Source: a virus
Virus record (IMG/VR): IMGVR_UViG_3300035157_000972
DNA: 64,000 bases
Reading direction: 5' to 3' (one strand)
The position numbers and the translations under genes are program-made. Positions 9,664 to 19,250 of the stretch are shown piece after piece (position 1 is the stretch's first letter; every line of letters begins with the position of its first letter). The notes beneath the pieces are model-generated. The model ran no database searches. It was not told where the DNA came from and saw nothing but the letters and a program-made list of their open reading frames with translations.

Positions 9664-11079
9664 ATGTTTAATTCTTCTCAATTACAGAAGAAGTGGCAAC
9701 CTCTTCTAGAGGCAGAAGGTATTGATAAGATATCTGATAGTCATAGAAAAGCGGTTACAGCACAACTTCTAGAAAACCAAGAAAGATTTTTAAGAGAGGA
9801 ACGTGCATTCCTAACAGAAGCACCTCCTACAACATCACTAGGAAACGGTGGAGGAACAGCATCAGCTCCTGCATTTGGTGGCGACGCTGCCGATGCCGGT
9901 CCAGTTGCAGGTTTCGACCCAGTTCTAATCTCATTGATTAGAAGAGCAATGCCTAACTTGGTGGCATACGACCTAGCAGGCGTTCAACCAATGAACGGAC
10001 CTACAGGTTTGATCTTCGCAATGAGAACACGTTACGACAACCAGTCTGGAACAGAAGCATTCTTCAACGAACCAGATTCAGCGTTCTCTGCTCAAGATGA
10101 TAATGCATCACTAACACAAGGTGACTATGCACTAAACACAACTGACGGTGGAACAGACGTTGGTTTCGGTACAACTGCACAAGGTGGTACAAACCCATCC
10201 ATTCTAAATGGTGGTTCTGCTAACGCTTACTCAGTTGGACAAGGTTTCGACGCTCAGTCACTTGAATCTCTAGGAGATGCAGCAGGTAATGACTTCAGAG
10301 AGATGTCATTCAGCATCGAGAAGGTTACTGTGGCAGCAAGATCCAGAGCACTAAAGGCAGAGTACAGTTTAGAACTTGCTCAAGACTTGAAGGCAATCCA
10401 CGGTCTAGATGCAGAAGCAGAATTAGCAAACATTCTCTCAACAGAGATACTTGCTGAGATCAACAGAGAAATCATCAGAACAATCTACAAGGTTGCAAGA
10501 CCCGGTGCACAAACCAACACTGCAACAGGTGGTATCTTCGACTTAGACGTTGACTCTAACGGAAGATGGATGGTTGAGAAATTCAAGGGAATGATGTTCC
10601 AACTTGAAAGAGATGCAAACGCAATCGCACAGGAAACTCGTAGAGGAAAGGGTAACATTATCCTATGTTCTGCTGACGTTGCTTCTGCACTTGCTGCTGC
10701 AGGTCAACTAGACTACACTCCTGCTCTAAACGCTAACTTAACAGTTGACGACACAGGTAACACATTCGCAGGTACATTGAACGGAAGATTCAAGGTATAC
10801 ATCGATCCATTCGCTGCTAACCTATCTGCTGATCAGTACTACGTTATGGGTTACAAAGGTTCTTCACCTTATGACGCAGGATTATTCTACTGCCCATACG
10901 TTCCACTACAGATGGTTCGTGCAGTTGGACAAGACACCTTCCAGCCAAAAATTGGATTCAAGACCAGATATGGTATGGTTTCCAACCCATTCGCTGAAGG
11001 TACAACTCAAGGTCTTGGAAGAATCACTGCTGGTTCTAACCGTTACTACAGAAGAGTTAAGGTTCAAAACCTTATGTAA
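9664..11079 (+). CDS. g23: Major capsid protein (gp23)
   Basis: GVQPMNGPTGLIFAMR, YCPYVPLQM, FQPKIGFKTRYG. Confidence 0.99.
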   Translation: MFNSSQLQKKWQPLLEAEGIDKISDSHRKAVTAQLLENQERFLREERAFLTEAPPTTSLGNGGGTASAPAFGGDAADAGPVAGFDPVLISLIRRAMPNLVAYDLAGVQPMNGPTGLIFAMRTRYDNQSGTEAFFNEPDSAFSAQDDNASLTQGDYALNTTDGGTDVGFGTTAQGGTNPSILNGGSANAYSVGQGFDAQSLESLGDAAGNDFREMSFSIEKVTVAARSRALKAEYSLELAQDLKAIHGLDAEAELANILSTEILAEINREIIRTIYKVARPGAQTNTATGGIFDLDVDSNGRWMVEKFKGMMFQLERDANAIAQETRRGKGNIILCSADVASALAAAGQLDYTPALNANLTVDDTGNTFAGTLNGRFKVYIDPFAANLSADQYYVMGYKGSSPYDAGLFYCPYVPLQMVRAVGQDTFQPKIGFKTRYGMVSNPFAEGTTQGLGRITAGSNRYYRRVKVQNLM

Positions 11080-11102
11080 GGTAATAGGTATAATTACGTC
11101 TC

Positions 11103-11132
11103 GACCTCCTCACTTGAGGGGGTCTTTTTTTT
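11103..11132 (+). terminator. Intrinsic terminator after g23
   Basis: GACCTCCTC-ACTT-GAGGGGGTC followed by T8. Confidence 0.9.
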
Positions 11133-11157
11133 GTCTGCTCTTATAATTAGTATTGGT

Positions 11158-11334
11158 ATGACAACGATTATGAACGGTAGACTCGATAAAGTTGCTATGA
11201 CAAATAAACTCATGCAACTCAAAAGAGAACTTGCTTACAAATGTGAGATTGGTGAGATGGGTGAGTGGGAGTGTAATGGTGCAAACAAGTATCTGAATAA
11301 AGTATGGGATGTGCTTGATGAGTATTGGCAATAA
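11158..11334 (+). CDS. Hypothetical cyanophage protein
   Basis: ORF fills the gap between the terminator and g3. Confidence 0.6.
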   Translation: MTTIMNGRLDKVAMTNKLMQLKRELAYKCEIGEMGEWECNGANKYLNKVWDVLDEYWQ

Positions 11335-11342
11335 ATAATGAT

Positions 11343-11903
11343 ATGTCAAACAACCCATGTTCTCTAAACGAGGTATCCAATAGGAACTTACTCTCGATAG
11401 GAGGATTCAAATTAGTTATCAATAAGTGTCCGAAAGTAGATTTTCTTTGCAATAAAGCAAACCTACCCGGACTATCTCTTGGTGTCGCTGTGCAAGCAAA
11501 CTACCTTAGAGATATACCAGTTCCCGGTGAGAAACTTACTTATCAGGATCTTAGAGTTGACTTTCTTGTAGATGAGAAGTTGGAAAACTATATCCAATTG
11601 TATGAGTGGATGACTTCATTAGGATTCCCAGAGTCTTTTGATCAGTTTTCCAGACTACAAAAAGATAGTAGGTATTTTCCTGATGATAATAGTTCTTTTC
11701 AAGAAAGATCTGACGCTACACTCATCATATTGAATAGCAATTATCAAGAGTCAGGATCAATCAAGTTCAGAGATCTTTTCCCAACTGAACTGACAGGAAT
11801 ACCTTTTGATGCTACAATAGAACAGCAACAGTATTATACTGCAACTGCAATATTCAAATATACTATGTACGACTTGATTGACAATGACGGAAAGAAAGTC
11901 TAG
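11343..11903 (+). CDS. g3: Tail completion / tube terminator protein (gp3)
   Basis: PGEKLTY, FLVDEKLENY, SDATL motifs; late promoter AATAAATA at 11330-11337. Confidence 0.9.
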   Translation: MSNNPCSLNEVSNRNLLSIGGFKLVINKCPKVDFLCNKANLPGLSLGVAVQANYLRDIPVPGEKLTYQDLRVDFLVDEKLENYIQLYEWMTSLGFPESFDQFSRLQKDSRYFPDDNSSFQERSDATLIILNSNYQESGSIKFRDLFPTELTGIPFDATIEQQQYYTATAIFKYTMYDLIDNDGKKV

Positions 11904-12336
11904 TTTTTCATTAGATAAGATACAAAAAATGTGGGAGTCTGATTCTAAAATGAATCAGGACGAACTTGATGCAGAGTCGCTAAAGATACCTCAATTACAC
12001 GCTAAGTATTACGACATATATAATGTAACTCTCACTCTCAGAAAACAGACTGAGACTGCATACTCTAAAGTTCTATTAGAAAGAAGACAGTATTACCAAG
12101 GCAAAGCGACTGCTGCTGTATATGCAGAAGAACCCTTTCCATATAAGGTAAGAGATAAAGATGATCTAAGACTTTATCTTGATGCTGATGAAAAATTGAA
12201 AAACCTATCTCTAAAACGAGAGTATTATGATATGATGCTTCGCTACATTGAAGAGATACTAAAACAGATTACTAATAGAACATATCAAATCAAGAATGCA
12301 ATAGAGTGGCGACGTTTTACTTCTGGTTATGGCTGA
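11884..12336 (+). CDS. uvsY: Recombination mediator UvsY
   Basis: SLKIPQLHAKY, NRTYQIKNAIEW. Confidence 0.93.
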   Translation: MTERKSSFSLDKIQKMWESDSKMNQDELDAESLKIPQLHAKYYDIYNVTLTLRKQTETAYSKVLLERRQYYQGKATAAVYAEEPFPYKVRDKDDLRLYLDADEKLKNLSLKREYYDMMLRYIEEILKQITNRTYQIKNAIEWRRFTSGYG

Positions 12337-13780
12337 TCTGGTTATACGTAAGAAGAACGAAGTATTCTTACGAGTTGAATGTGATCCACATATAAGGCAC
12401 GAGTTACAAGATCAATTTACTTTTGATGTTCCGGGTGCTAAATTTATGCCTCAATACCGTAACAAGTATTGGGATGGTAAAATCCGTTTATTCAATATGG
12501 ATAGAGGGGAGATATATTGTGGATTGATTGATAAGTTACAAGTTTTTTGCGAGAGATATTCATATACATTTGAGTTTGAAGAGAATAAACACTATGGTTT
12601 ACCTTATGAAGAGAACGATTCATTCTCAGAAGAGGGTGTCAGAGACTATCTAACAACAATATCTAAGTATAAACCTAGAGATTATCAGGTAGAGGGTGTT
12701 ACAGACGCTCTGAGACGTAATAGAAGATTGCTTATATCACCAACTGCATCTGGTAAATCACTTATGATCTATTCTATCTGCAGATATCATGCAGAAAATG
12801 GTAGAAAGATACTTTTGATTGTTCCTACTACATCGCTTGTAGAGCAAATGTATAAGGACTTTGAAGATTATGGGTGGGATGCAGAAAAGTATTGCTATAA
12901 GATCTATGGTGGTGCACCACGAAACACTGAGCAGTCAGTCATCATCTCTACATGGCAGAGTATATACAAACTCGATCGTAAATGGTTTGCTAACTTTGAA
13001 GTAGTGATAGGTGATGAAGCACATCAGTTCAAATCCAAATCACTGGTCAATATCATGACCAAAATGGCAGATACAAAGTATAGGTATGGATTTACAGGTA
13101 CACTTGATGGCACACAGACTCACAAATGGGTGCTCGAAGGATTATTTGGTCCATCATATAAGATCATCAGCACTAAAAAACTACAGGATGCAGGGTATCT
13201 TGCTAAGTTGAACATCAAGGTTTTGTTGATGAAGCATGAACCTCAGAAATTTGATACGTATGAGGATGAAGTTCAGTATCTTATCAATCATGAGAAAAGA
13301 AATAGATTTATCAAGAACCTTACTCATGACTTGAAAGGTAATACTTTGATTCTTTATAGTAGGGTTGCCACCCATGGACAGGTATTATTCGACCTCATAA
13401 ATACTGGTAACCGAAAGGTATTTTTTGTTCATGGTGGTGTAGATGCACAGGAACGAGAAGAGGTCAGAAGAATTACTGAGACTGAAAAAAATGCTATAAT
13501 AGTAGCATCATTCGGAACATTCTCAACAGGCATCAACATCAAAAATTTGCACAACATTATCTTTGCTTCCCCTAGTAAGTCTAGAATCAGAACACTTCAA
13601 TCTATTGGTAGAGTTCTAAGAAAGGGAAACAATAAAGTCAGTGCCACATTGTTTGACATAGCAGATGATACGAAGAAGGGGTCGAGGAACAACTACACAC
13701 TGAACCACTTGATCGAACGGATCAAATACTACAACGAAGAAAAATTCAACTATGAAATTCTCCAAATCAAAATCGGATGA
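12329..13780 (+). CDS. uvsW: SF2 helicase UvsW
   Basis: SPTASGKS, DEAH, LQSIGRVLR. Confidence 0.97.
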   Translation: MADLVIRKKNEVFLRVECDPHIRHELQDQFTFDVPGAKFMPQYRNKYWDGKIRLFNMDRGEIYCGLIDKLQVFCERYSYTFEFEENKHYGLPYEENDSFSEEGVRDYLTTISKYKPRDYQVEGVTDALRRNRRLLISPTASGKSLMIYSICRYHAENGRKILLIVPTTSLVEQMYKDFEDYGWDAEKYCYKIYGGAPRNTEQSVIISTWQSIYKLDRKWFANFEVVIGDEAHQFKSKSLVNIMTKMADTKYRYGFTGTLDGTQTHKWVLEGLFGPSYKIISTKKLQDAGYLAKLNIKVLLMKHEPQKFDTYEDEVQYLINHEKRNRFIKNLTHDLKGNTLILYSRVATHGQVLFDLINTGNRKVFFVHGGVDAQEREEVRRITETEKNAIIVASFGTFSTGINIKNLHNIIFASPSKSRIRTLQSIGRVLRKGNNKVSATLFDIADDTKKGSRNNYTLNHLIERIKYYNEEKFNYEILQIKIG

Positions 13781-14174
13781 ACCTTATGATGAGTTTTATG
13801 CTTCCTTAAAACTTGTCTCAGGAGAAGAAATACTAGCGTTGGTCGTTGTAGACAATACAGGTAAACCAGAAAATGTTGTTATATCAAATCCAGTAGTATG
13901 TAAAGAAATTCGTTCCTCCGGAACGAATATACCCATGGGGTATAAGTTTGAACCATGGATGAAATTGACTGATGACGATACTTACGTCCTCCCTCTAGAG
14001 AAAGTAATCACTCTATCACAGATTACAAGTAATGAAATAGTAGATACCTATAAAGACGTAGTAGAATATGGATTCAAACCAACTAATCCTGATCTAACTA
14101 AAGATATGGGATACATCAATAGTGTATCTAAAGCAAGAGATATTCTAGAGAAACTTTATAGATCTAAGAGTTAA
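13752..14174 (+). CDS. Conserved cyanophage protein (Sm-like fold probable)
   Basis: KLVSGEEI motif; sits between uvsW and g55. Confidence 0.7.
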   Translation: MKFSKSKSDEPYDEFYASLKLVSGEEILALVVVDNTGKPENVVISNPVVCKEIRSSGTNIPMGYKFEPWMKLTDDDTYVLPLEKVITLSQITSNEIVDTYKDVVEYGFKPTNPDLTKDMGYINSVSKARDILEKLYRSKS

Positions 14175-14222
14175 TTAACTATACCCATCCCTTGAACCCT
14201 TACAGAGTTATTGTACAGAGAA

Positions 14223-14251
14223 TAGACAGGGTTGTCAAGCTGTGCTATAAT
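14223..14251 (+). promoter_or_regulatory. Sigma70-type promoter for g55
   Basis: TAGACA-17 nt-TATAAT with TG extension. Confidence 0.75.
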
Positions 14252-14273
14252 TTGAACATAATCTATACATAAG

Positions 14274-14741
14274 ATGGTCAGGAAACGTTCAGAACACTAC
14301 GTCAATAACAAAGAGTTTCTCTATGCTATTGTCCAGTACAAGACAGATATCAAAGAGGCAGAGGAGAAAGGTGAACCTAGACCGGTTATCCCTAGATACC
14401 TTGGCGAATGCTTCATGAAGATAGCAAGACATTTGTCGTATAAACCGAACTTTGTAAACTATATGTTCAAGGAGGACATGATCTCTGATGGAATCGAAAA
14501 TTGCGTTCAGTACATTAATAATTTTAATCCTGAGAAATCCTCGAATCCTTTTGCTTACTTTACACAGATCATACATTATGCATTTCTCAGAAGAATACAG
14601 AAAGAAAAGAAACAGTTAGAGATTAGACAGAAAATAATTGACAAGTCTGGATTTGAAGAGGTGATGACAACTGACGATGGTGGTAGTTGGTCTGACTACA
14701 ACTCTATCAAAGATAATGTACAGCAAAGAGGTAATAGATGA
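14274..14741 (+). CDS. g55: Late-transcription sigma factor (gp55)
   Basis: HYVNNKEF, NPFAYFTQI, AFLRRIQKEK. Confidence 0.97.
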   Translation: MVRKRSEHYVNNKEFLYAIVQYKTDIKEAEEKGEPRPVIPRYLGECFMKIARHLSYKPNFVNYMFKEDMISDGIENCVQYINNFNPEKSSNPFAYFTQIIHYAFLRRIQKEKKQLEIRQKIIDKSGFEEVMTTDDGGSWSDYNSIKDNVQQRGNR

Positions 14742-14935
14742 CCTATGATCTCACGGAGGAAGAGTGGGAATGTGTTCGTGTCTGTGTAGACAATGCACCT
14801 ATACCTTATGACATCACCCTCAAAAAGATACCGGGTGATATATTACAGAAGATAGGAAAACCAAAACCTCGTAAAGGTGAACCCCTAACTAAACCAGAAT
14901 ACGATTTATCTCAATACGGAATTTATGAAAGTTGA
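14738..14935 (+). CDS. Hypothetical protein
   Basis: ATGA-coupled ORF. Confidence 0.65.
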   Translation: MTYDLTEEEWECVRVCVDNAPIPYDITLKKIPGDILQKIGKPKPRKGEPLTKPEYDLSQYGIYES

Positions 14936-15095
14936 TAGGTACTATGATCCATACGAAGATCTTGAAGCACAATGTCTAGAAGAACTAGAACACATCGCTA
15001 AGTCATTAGGCGGTAACATGACAAAACTAACCAGAGCAACATCTACTGGTAGATCATCAAAAGTTATTGAAATTGAGTATGAAATTAACGAATGA
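14925..15095 (+). CDS. 56-aa hypothetical protein (MKVDRYYDPYEDLE...)
   Basis: Below the ORF-track cutoff; fills the gap exactly. Confidence 0.6.
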   Translation: MKVDRYYDPYEDLEAQCLEELEHIAKSLGGNMTKLTRATSTGRSSKVIEIEYEINE

Positions 15096-15270
15096 AGTAA
15101 TTGAAAAGATTCAAGAAGCAATGAATCACACCAAAAAGAATGGTGATGTCAACTGGGAAGATGGCGACGAGATCGATGTCTGTCTTGCAGGTACGTTTGC
15201 AGCAGATAGGTTCATTGTCATACACAACAGAACAAAGAGTAGCACATCAAAGCATAATTTTGTAAAATGA
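15079..15270 (+). CDS. Hypothetical cyanophage protein
   Basis: Stop overlaps the g47 start (ATGA). Confidence 0.65.
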   Translation: MKLTNEVIEKIQEAMNHTKKNGDVNWEDGDEIDVCLAGTFAADRFIVIHNRTKSSTSKHNFVK

Positions 15271-16310
15271 AAGTCGCTATCATCACAGATCAACACTTTG
15301 GTTTCAAGAAAGGATCAAAACATTTCCATAGTTACTTCAAAAAGTTCTATGATAATGTATTCTTCCCTACGTTAGAGGAACGTGGTATTGATACTGTGAT
15401 TGATATGGGCGATACTTTTGACTCTAGGAAGGGTATTGATTTATATTCTTTAGACTGGTGTCAAAGAACTTACTTTGATAAGTTGAGAGATATGGGATGT
15501 AAACTTACATCTATTGTTGGAAATCATACAGCATACTACAAAAATACAAATGATATCAATACCATAGATCTGCTACTCAGAGAGTATGACAATATAGATG
15601 TCATTGTCAATCCAGAAGAAAGGACATTTGACAAACTCAAAGTATTATTTGTTCCTTGGATAACCTCAGATGATAGTGAAAGGACTTATGCCACTATAAA
15701 AAGATCTCGTGCCAAAGTCTGTATGGGTCATCTCGAACTCAACGGATTCTCTGCACATCATGGATATACAATGGAAGACGGTGCTGATGCTCTCCCTTTC
15801 AAGAAATTTACTAAAACTTTCTCTGGACATTATCATACTCGTTCTAGCGATGGTACTATATCTTATCTAGGAAATCCATATGAGTTGTATTGGAATGATT
15901 GTAACGATACTCGTGGGTTTCACATATTTGATACAGACACTCTAGAACTGGAACCAGTCAACAACCCTTACCAGATGTACAAAGTCATCAGGTATAACGA
16001 TACCCCTAGACAACTGTTTAGATTCCAAGATTATAAAGATGTAATTGTAAAGGTTGTTGTATTTCAAAAGTCAAACAAGAAAGAGTATGAAAGATTTATC
16101 GATGCATTATCTCATGCAGGACCCTATGATCTCAAGATTGTAGAAAAGATTGACGGATCTCAGTTAGATGGTACAATAGTAGAACAAACAGAAGATACCG
16201 TGACATTGTTAGATAAATTCGTAGATGACCTAGAGACTGATCTTGATAGAAACAGAATCAAATCTCTTCTCAAAAACATTTACAAAGAAGCATGTGAGGT
16301 GACTATCTAA
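15267..16310 (+). CDS. g47: Recombination nuclease subunit (gp47, Mre11/SbcD-like)
   Basis: DQHFG, GDTFD, GNH, SGHYH phosphoesterase motifs. Confidence 0.96.
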   Translation: MKVAIITDQHFGFKKGSKHFHSYFKKFYDNVFFPTLEERGIDTVIDMGDTFDSRKGIDLYSLDWCQRTYFDKLRDMGCKLTSIVGNHTAYYKNTNDINTIDLLLREYDNIDVIVNPEERTFDKLKVLFVPWITSDDSERTYATIKRSRAKVCMGHLELNGFSAHHGYTMEDGADALPFKKFTKTFSGHYHTRSSDGTISYLGNPYELYWNDCNDTRGFHIFDTDTLELEPVNNPYQMYKVIRYNDTPRQLFRFQDYKDVIVKVVVFQKSNKKEYERFIDALSHAGPYDLKIVEKIDGSQLDGTIVEQTEDTVTLLDKFVDDLETDLDRNRIKSLLKNIYKEACEVTI

Positions 16311-16573
16311 TGTGGATACTTGCTCCCAAAGGACATGAAGATGAAGGTGCTTATGCAGTCAAAGATCAGGCAGGAGAGAAAGTAGTTTTTCTTTTCGAGG
16401 AACGTGATGACTGTGAACGGTATGGCATACAACTCGAAGCAAAGGATCATCCTGATATGGAAATTATAGAGGTGCAGGATACCGTTGCTATCACAGCATG
16501 TGAGCGAGCGAAGGTAAAGTATACTATAATATCACCAGATGACATTGTAATTCCTGTAGAAAAGAATGATTGA
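16310..16573 (+). CDS. Conserved hypothetical protein between g47 and g46
   Basis: EGAYAV..LFEERDD motif; synteny. Confidence 0.7.
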   Translation: MWILAPKGHEDEGAYAVKDQAGEKVVFLFEERDDCERYGIQLEAKDHPDMEIIEVQDTVAITACERAKVKYTIISPDDIVIPVEKND

Positions 16574-18299
16574 GTTCAAAGAAATAAGATATAAAAATTT
16601 CCTATCATCAGGAAATCAGTTTACTAACATTACACTGAATGAGCATGGCACATCAGTCATCATAGGTAAAAATGGTGCAGGAAAATCTACCATACTTGAT
16701 GCTTTATGCTTTGCACTATTCAATAAACCTTTTCGTAAGATAACTAAGGGTCAAATTGTAAACTCTTCTAATGATAAAGACTGTCTTGTAGAACTAGAGT
16801 TCTCTGTACATAGCACACAGTACAAAATTATTAGAGGCATCAAACCAAACAGATTTATTATAGAAAGAAATGGAAACAAACTCAACGAGGATGCTAATGC
16901 ACAGGATCAACAGAAGTCTTTGGAAGAGCAAATACTCAAACTCAACTACAAATCGTTCACTCAAATTGTTATACTTGGGTCTGCTTCTTTCGTTCCCTTT
17001 ATGCAACTTAGTGCTCCACATAGAAGGGAAGTTATAGAAGATCTCCTAGACATCAGAGTTTTCTCTACCATGTCAGACATCCTAAAAGAGAAAGTAAAGG
17101 GTGTCAGGACTCGTATACAGACGTTAGATCTAAAGAAGGAGAGTGTTGCAGATAAGATCATCATGCAGCAAAACTTTATCAAGTCTATAGAAGAGAGTGG
17201 ACAGGAAGAGATAAGCACAAAGAGACAGGAGATACAGAATCTTGAGGATGAAATGGAAGAGTATCAGACTCTTGTAGATAATCTTCTATATGACCTAAAG
17301 ATGAAAGAAGAACGGATCAAAGACTATACCGATGCAGGAAAAACTCTTAGAAAACTAGGAACATATAAAGGAAAGTTACAGTCTAAACACACAAATTCTA
17401 CGAAGGAAAGGGACTTCTTCAAGGACAATGTATCATGCCCTACATGTACACAGACTATACAGGAAGACTTTCGTGTAAATAAAATTGACCAACTAGAAAA
17501 AACTATCTCCGGTTTCACGGATAACCTCCAAGAAATCGAAGATGCTATCTCAGATGCAGAATCTAGAGAGAAGCAATTTATTTCTATACAAAAGGAGATC
17601 TCCAATCTATCTAATGAAATTTCTCAAACAAATGTTAGGATTACTGGATCAAGAAAACAATCTAGTAAACTCGAACAAGAAATTCAAACTATTACCACTA
17701 GACTTGAAAACAGAAATTCTGAACATGAGAAACTAAGTACATACAAGGCATCACTAAAACAAGTCCTTGCTGATTACGGAGACCTAAAAGAGAATTACGA
17801 ATACTTCCAAGAAGCAAATATATTGCTCAAAGATGATGGTGTCAAGAGTTCTATCATCAAGAAATACATTCCTCTTATCAATCAACAGGTCAACAAGTAC
17901 TTGCAGATGATGGACTTCTATATCAACTTCACACTTGATGAAGAGTTCAATGAGAAGATAGAGTCACCTATACACGATAAATTTTCATACCCATCATTCT
18001 CTGAAGGTGAGAAGATGAGGATTGACCTTGCTCTTTTATTCACATGGAGAGAGATAGCAAGGATGAAGAACAGTGTTGTGACTAATCTTCTTATCATGGA
18101 CGAAGTGTTCGATTCCTCACTTGATGGTTTGGGTACAGATGAGTTCCTAAAGATCATTCGTTATGTTATAAAGGATGCTAATGTCTTTGTTATCAGTCAT
18201 AAGCAGGACTTAGTAGAGAAGTTCAACGCTATTCTTGAGTTCAAAAAGGTCAAAGGATTCTCAATTCTAAGGGGGGTTGACAAGACCGAACAATCGTGA
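16566..18299 (+). CDS. g46: Recombination ATPase subunit (gp46, Rad50/SbcC-like)
   Basis: GKNGAGKST, CPTC zinc hook, FSEGEK, LLIMDEVFD. Confidence 0.97.
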   Translation: MIEFKEIRYKNFLSSGNQFTNITLNEHGTSVIIGKNGAGKSTILDALCFALFNKPFRKITKGQIVNSSNDKDCLVELEFSVHSTQYKIIRGIKPNRFIIERNGNKLNEDANAQDQQKSLEEQILKLNYKSFTQIVILGSASFVPFMQLSAPHRREVIEDLLDIRVFSTMSDILKEKVKGVRTRIQTLDLKKESVADKIIMQQNFIKSIEESGQEEISTKRQEIQNLEDEMEEYQTLVDNLLYDLKMKEERIKDYTDAGKTLRKLGTYKGKLQSKHTNSTKERDFFKDNVSCPTCTQTIQEDFRVNKIDQLEKTISGFTDNLQEIEDAISDAESREKQFISIQKEISNLSNEISQTNVRITGSRKQSSKLEQEIQTITTRLENRNSEHEKLSTYKASLKQVLADYGDLKENYEYFQEANILLKDDGVKSSIIKKYIPLINQQVNKYLQMMDFYINFTLDEEFNEKIESPIHDKFSYPSFSEGEKMRIDLALLFTWREIARMKNSVVTNLLIMDEVFDSSLDGLGTDEFLKIIRYVIKDANVFVISHKQDLVEKFNAILEFKKVKGFSILRGVDKTEQS

Positions 18300-18310
18300 T
18301 AGTCTAAATA
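18277..18310 (+). promoter_or_regulatory. Tandem sigma70 (TTGACA-17-TAGTCT) and late (TCTAAATA) promoters
   Basis: Direct motif match upstream of a structured leader. Confidence 0.65.
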
Positions 18311-18319
18311 ACATTACAA

Positions 18320-18410
18320 AGGGATCGAAAGATCGTGCCCCTACGTAACCATCACCCCATGTCGGGGGAGATGTTCATCCGCAGGGCGTTTTTTTTGTCC
18401 TTGCGAGAAA
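18320..18410 (+). ncRNA. Candidate structured cis-regulatory 5' leader (three hairpins)
   Basis: GATC-GAAA-GATC; CATC.CCCC/GGGG.GATG; CGCAGGGC/GTCCTTGCG stems in a GC-rich intergenic stretch. Confidence 0.6.
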
Positions 18411-18421
18411 ATACGATACAA

Positions 18422-18796
18422 ATGTTTACAAAATCTACAATCGCAGCACTTGCTGCATCTCCACTTCTATTCTCTGGTGCTGCTTTTGCAGGTCCATACG
18501 TTAACGTAGAAGCAAACGGTTCATATCCAGACGGTTCATATTCTTCAGGTAATGTTGAATTCCAAGTTGGTTACGAAGGAACCACAACTAATGGAATTAA
18601 CTGGTATGTTTCAGGTGGTCCAACTGTTCAGCACACAGAAACTGCTGATGAGTTTGGCGACGTTGAACTAGCAGGATATCTTGGTGCAGGAAAGCAGATC
18701 ACTGAAAAAGTAGGACTATACGGAGAAATCTACGGTGCTACTAACAACGATAACGTTGATTGGTCTGGTAAAATCGGTACAAGATACACATTCTAA
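18422..18796 (+). CDS. Small outer-membrane beta-barrel (porin-like) protein of cyanobacterial type
   Basis: Signal peptide ending AFA-GPYVNVE, alternating beta strands, C-terminal YTF. Confidence 0.75.
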   Translation: MFTKSTIAALAASPLLFSGAAFAGPYVNVEANGSYPDGSYSSGNVEFQVGYEGTTTNGINWYVSGGPTVQHTETADEFGDVELAGYLGAGKQITEKVGLYGEIYGATNNDNVDWSGKIGTRYTF

Positions 18797-18799
18797 GTT

Positions 18800-18955
18800 A
18801 TGGAATCAGTAGACATTTCTGCATTCAAAGCAGTTCTATGGTGTTTCTATCCTATTGGTGCTCTTGTTTTTGTAGAATTGTTTCTACGTGCTTCTGATGA
18901 TGACGATGATGATCCGGAGGGTGGGATCATGACACCTGTATACAACCCTATATAA
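18800..18955 (+). CDS. 51-aa TM micro-protein with DDDDDDPEGG motif
   Basis: ATG 3 nt after the previous stop, ends at a terminator. Confidence 0.7.
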   Translation: MESVDISAFKAVLWCFYPIGALVFVELFLRASDDDDDDPEGGIMTPVYNPI

Positions 18956-18963
18956 AAAAACAC

Positions 18964-18988
18964 AAGACTCCTTCGGGAGTCTTTTTTT
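18964..18988 (+). terminator. Intrinsic terminator
   Basis: AAGACTCC-TTCG-GGAGTCTT plus T run. Confidence 0.92.
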
Positions 18989-19159
18989 ATGAAACCCATA
19001 TCAAACCCTCTCTGGTATACACCAGTCTTCCTTCTATTTCTCATTGCCCTTATAGAGGGAGTGCATACCATGGCACACTGGCATCAAAACCTAGATGTGC
19101 ATGGTTATTGCAAAGTGTATAATATGAAAAATCCTGATGCATATGATGAGGATTGGTGA
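18989..19159 (+). CDS. 56-aa TM, His-rich micro-protein
   Basis: MKPISNPLWY...EGVHTMAHWH...HGYC; fills the gap. Confidence 0.55.
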   Translation: MKPISNPLWYTPVFLLFLIALIEGVHTMAHWHQNLDVHGYCKVYNMKNPDAYDEDW

Positions 19160-19195
19160 TAAGAAATGTTTATATATAAGATTATTTTTCCTTAC

Positions 19196-19224
19196 TTGAC
19201 AAAAGTGTAAAGTTTTGTTACGCT
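19196..19224 (+). promoter_or_regulatory. Sigma70 promoter of the hli cluster with an HLR1-like box in the spacer
   Basis: TTGACA-17-TACGCT; minus strand GTAACAAA-AC-TTTACACT. Confidence 0.65.
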
Positions 19225-19250
19225 ATATATTAATATACAACAAAAAGTTT

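Noticed and set aside
18335-18421. 29-codon N-terminal extension of the outer-membrane protein
   Set aside because: The signal peptide starts at ATG 18422; the extension coincides with the structured leader
19207-19221. Possible NtcA site in the hli promoter
   Set aside because: Spacing is GTA-N9-TAC rather than GTA-N8-TAC; HLR1 fits better
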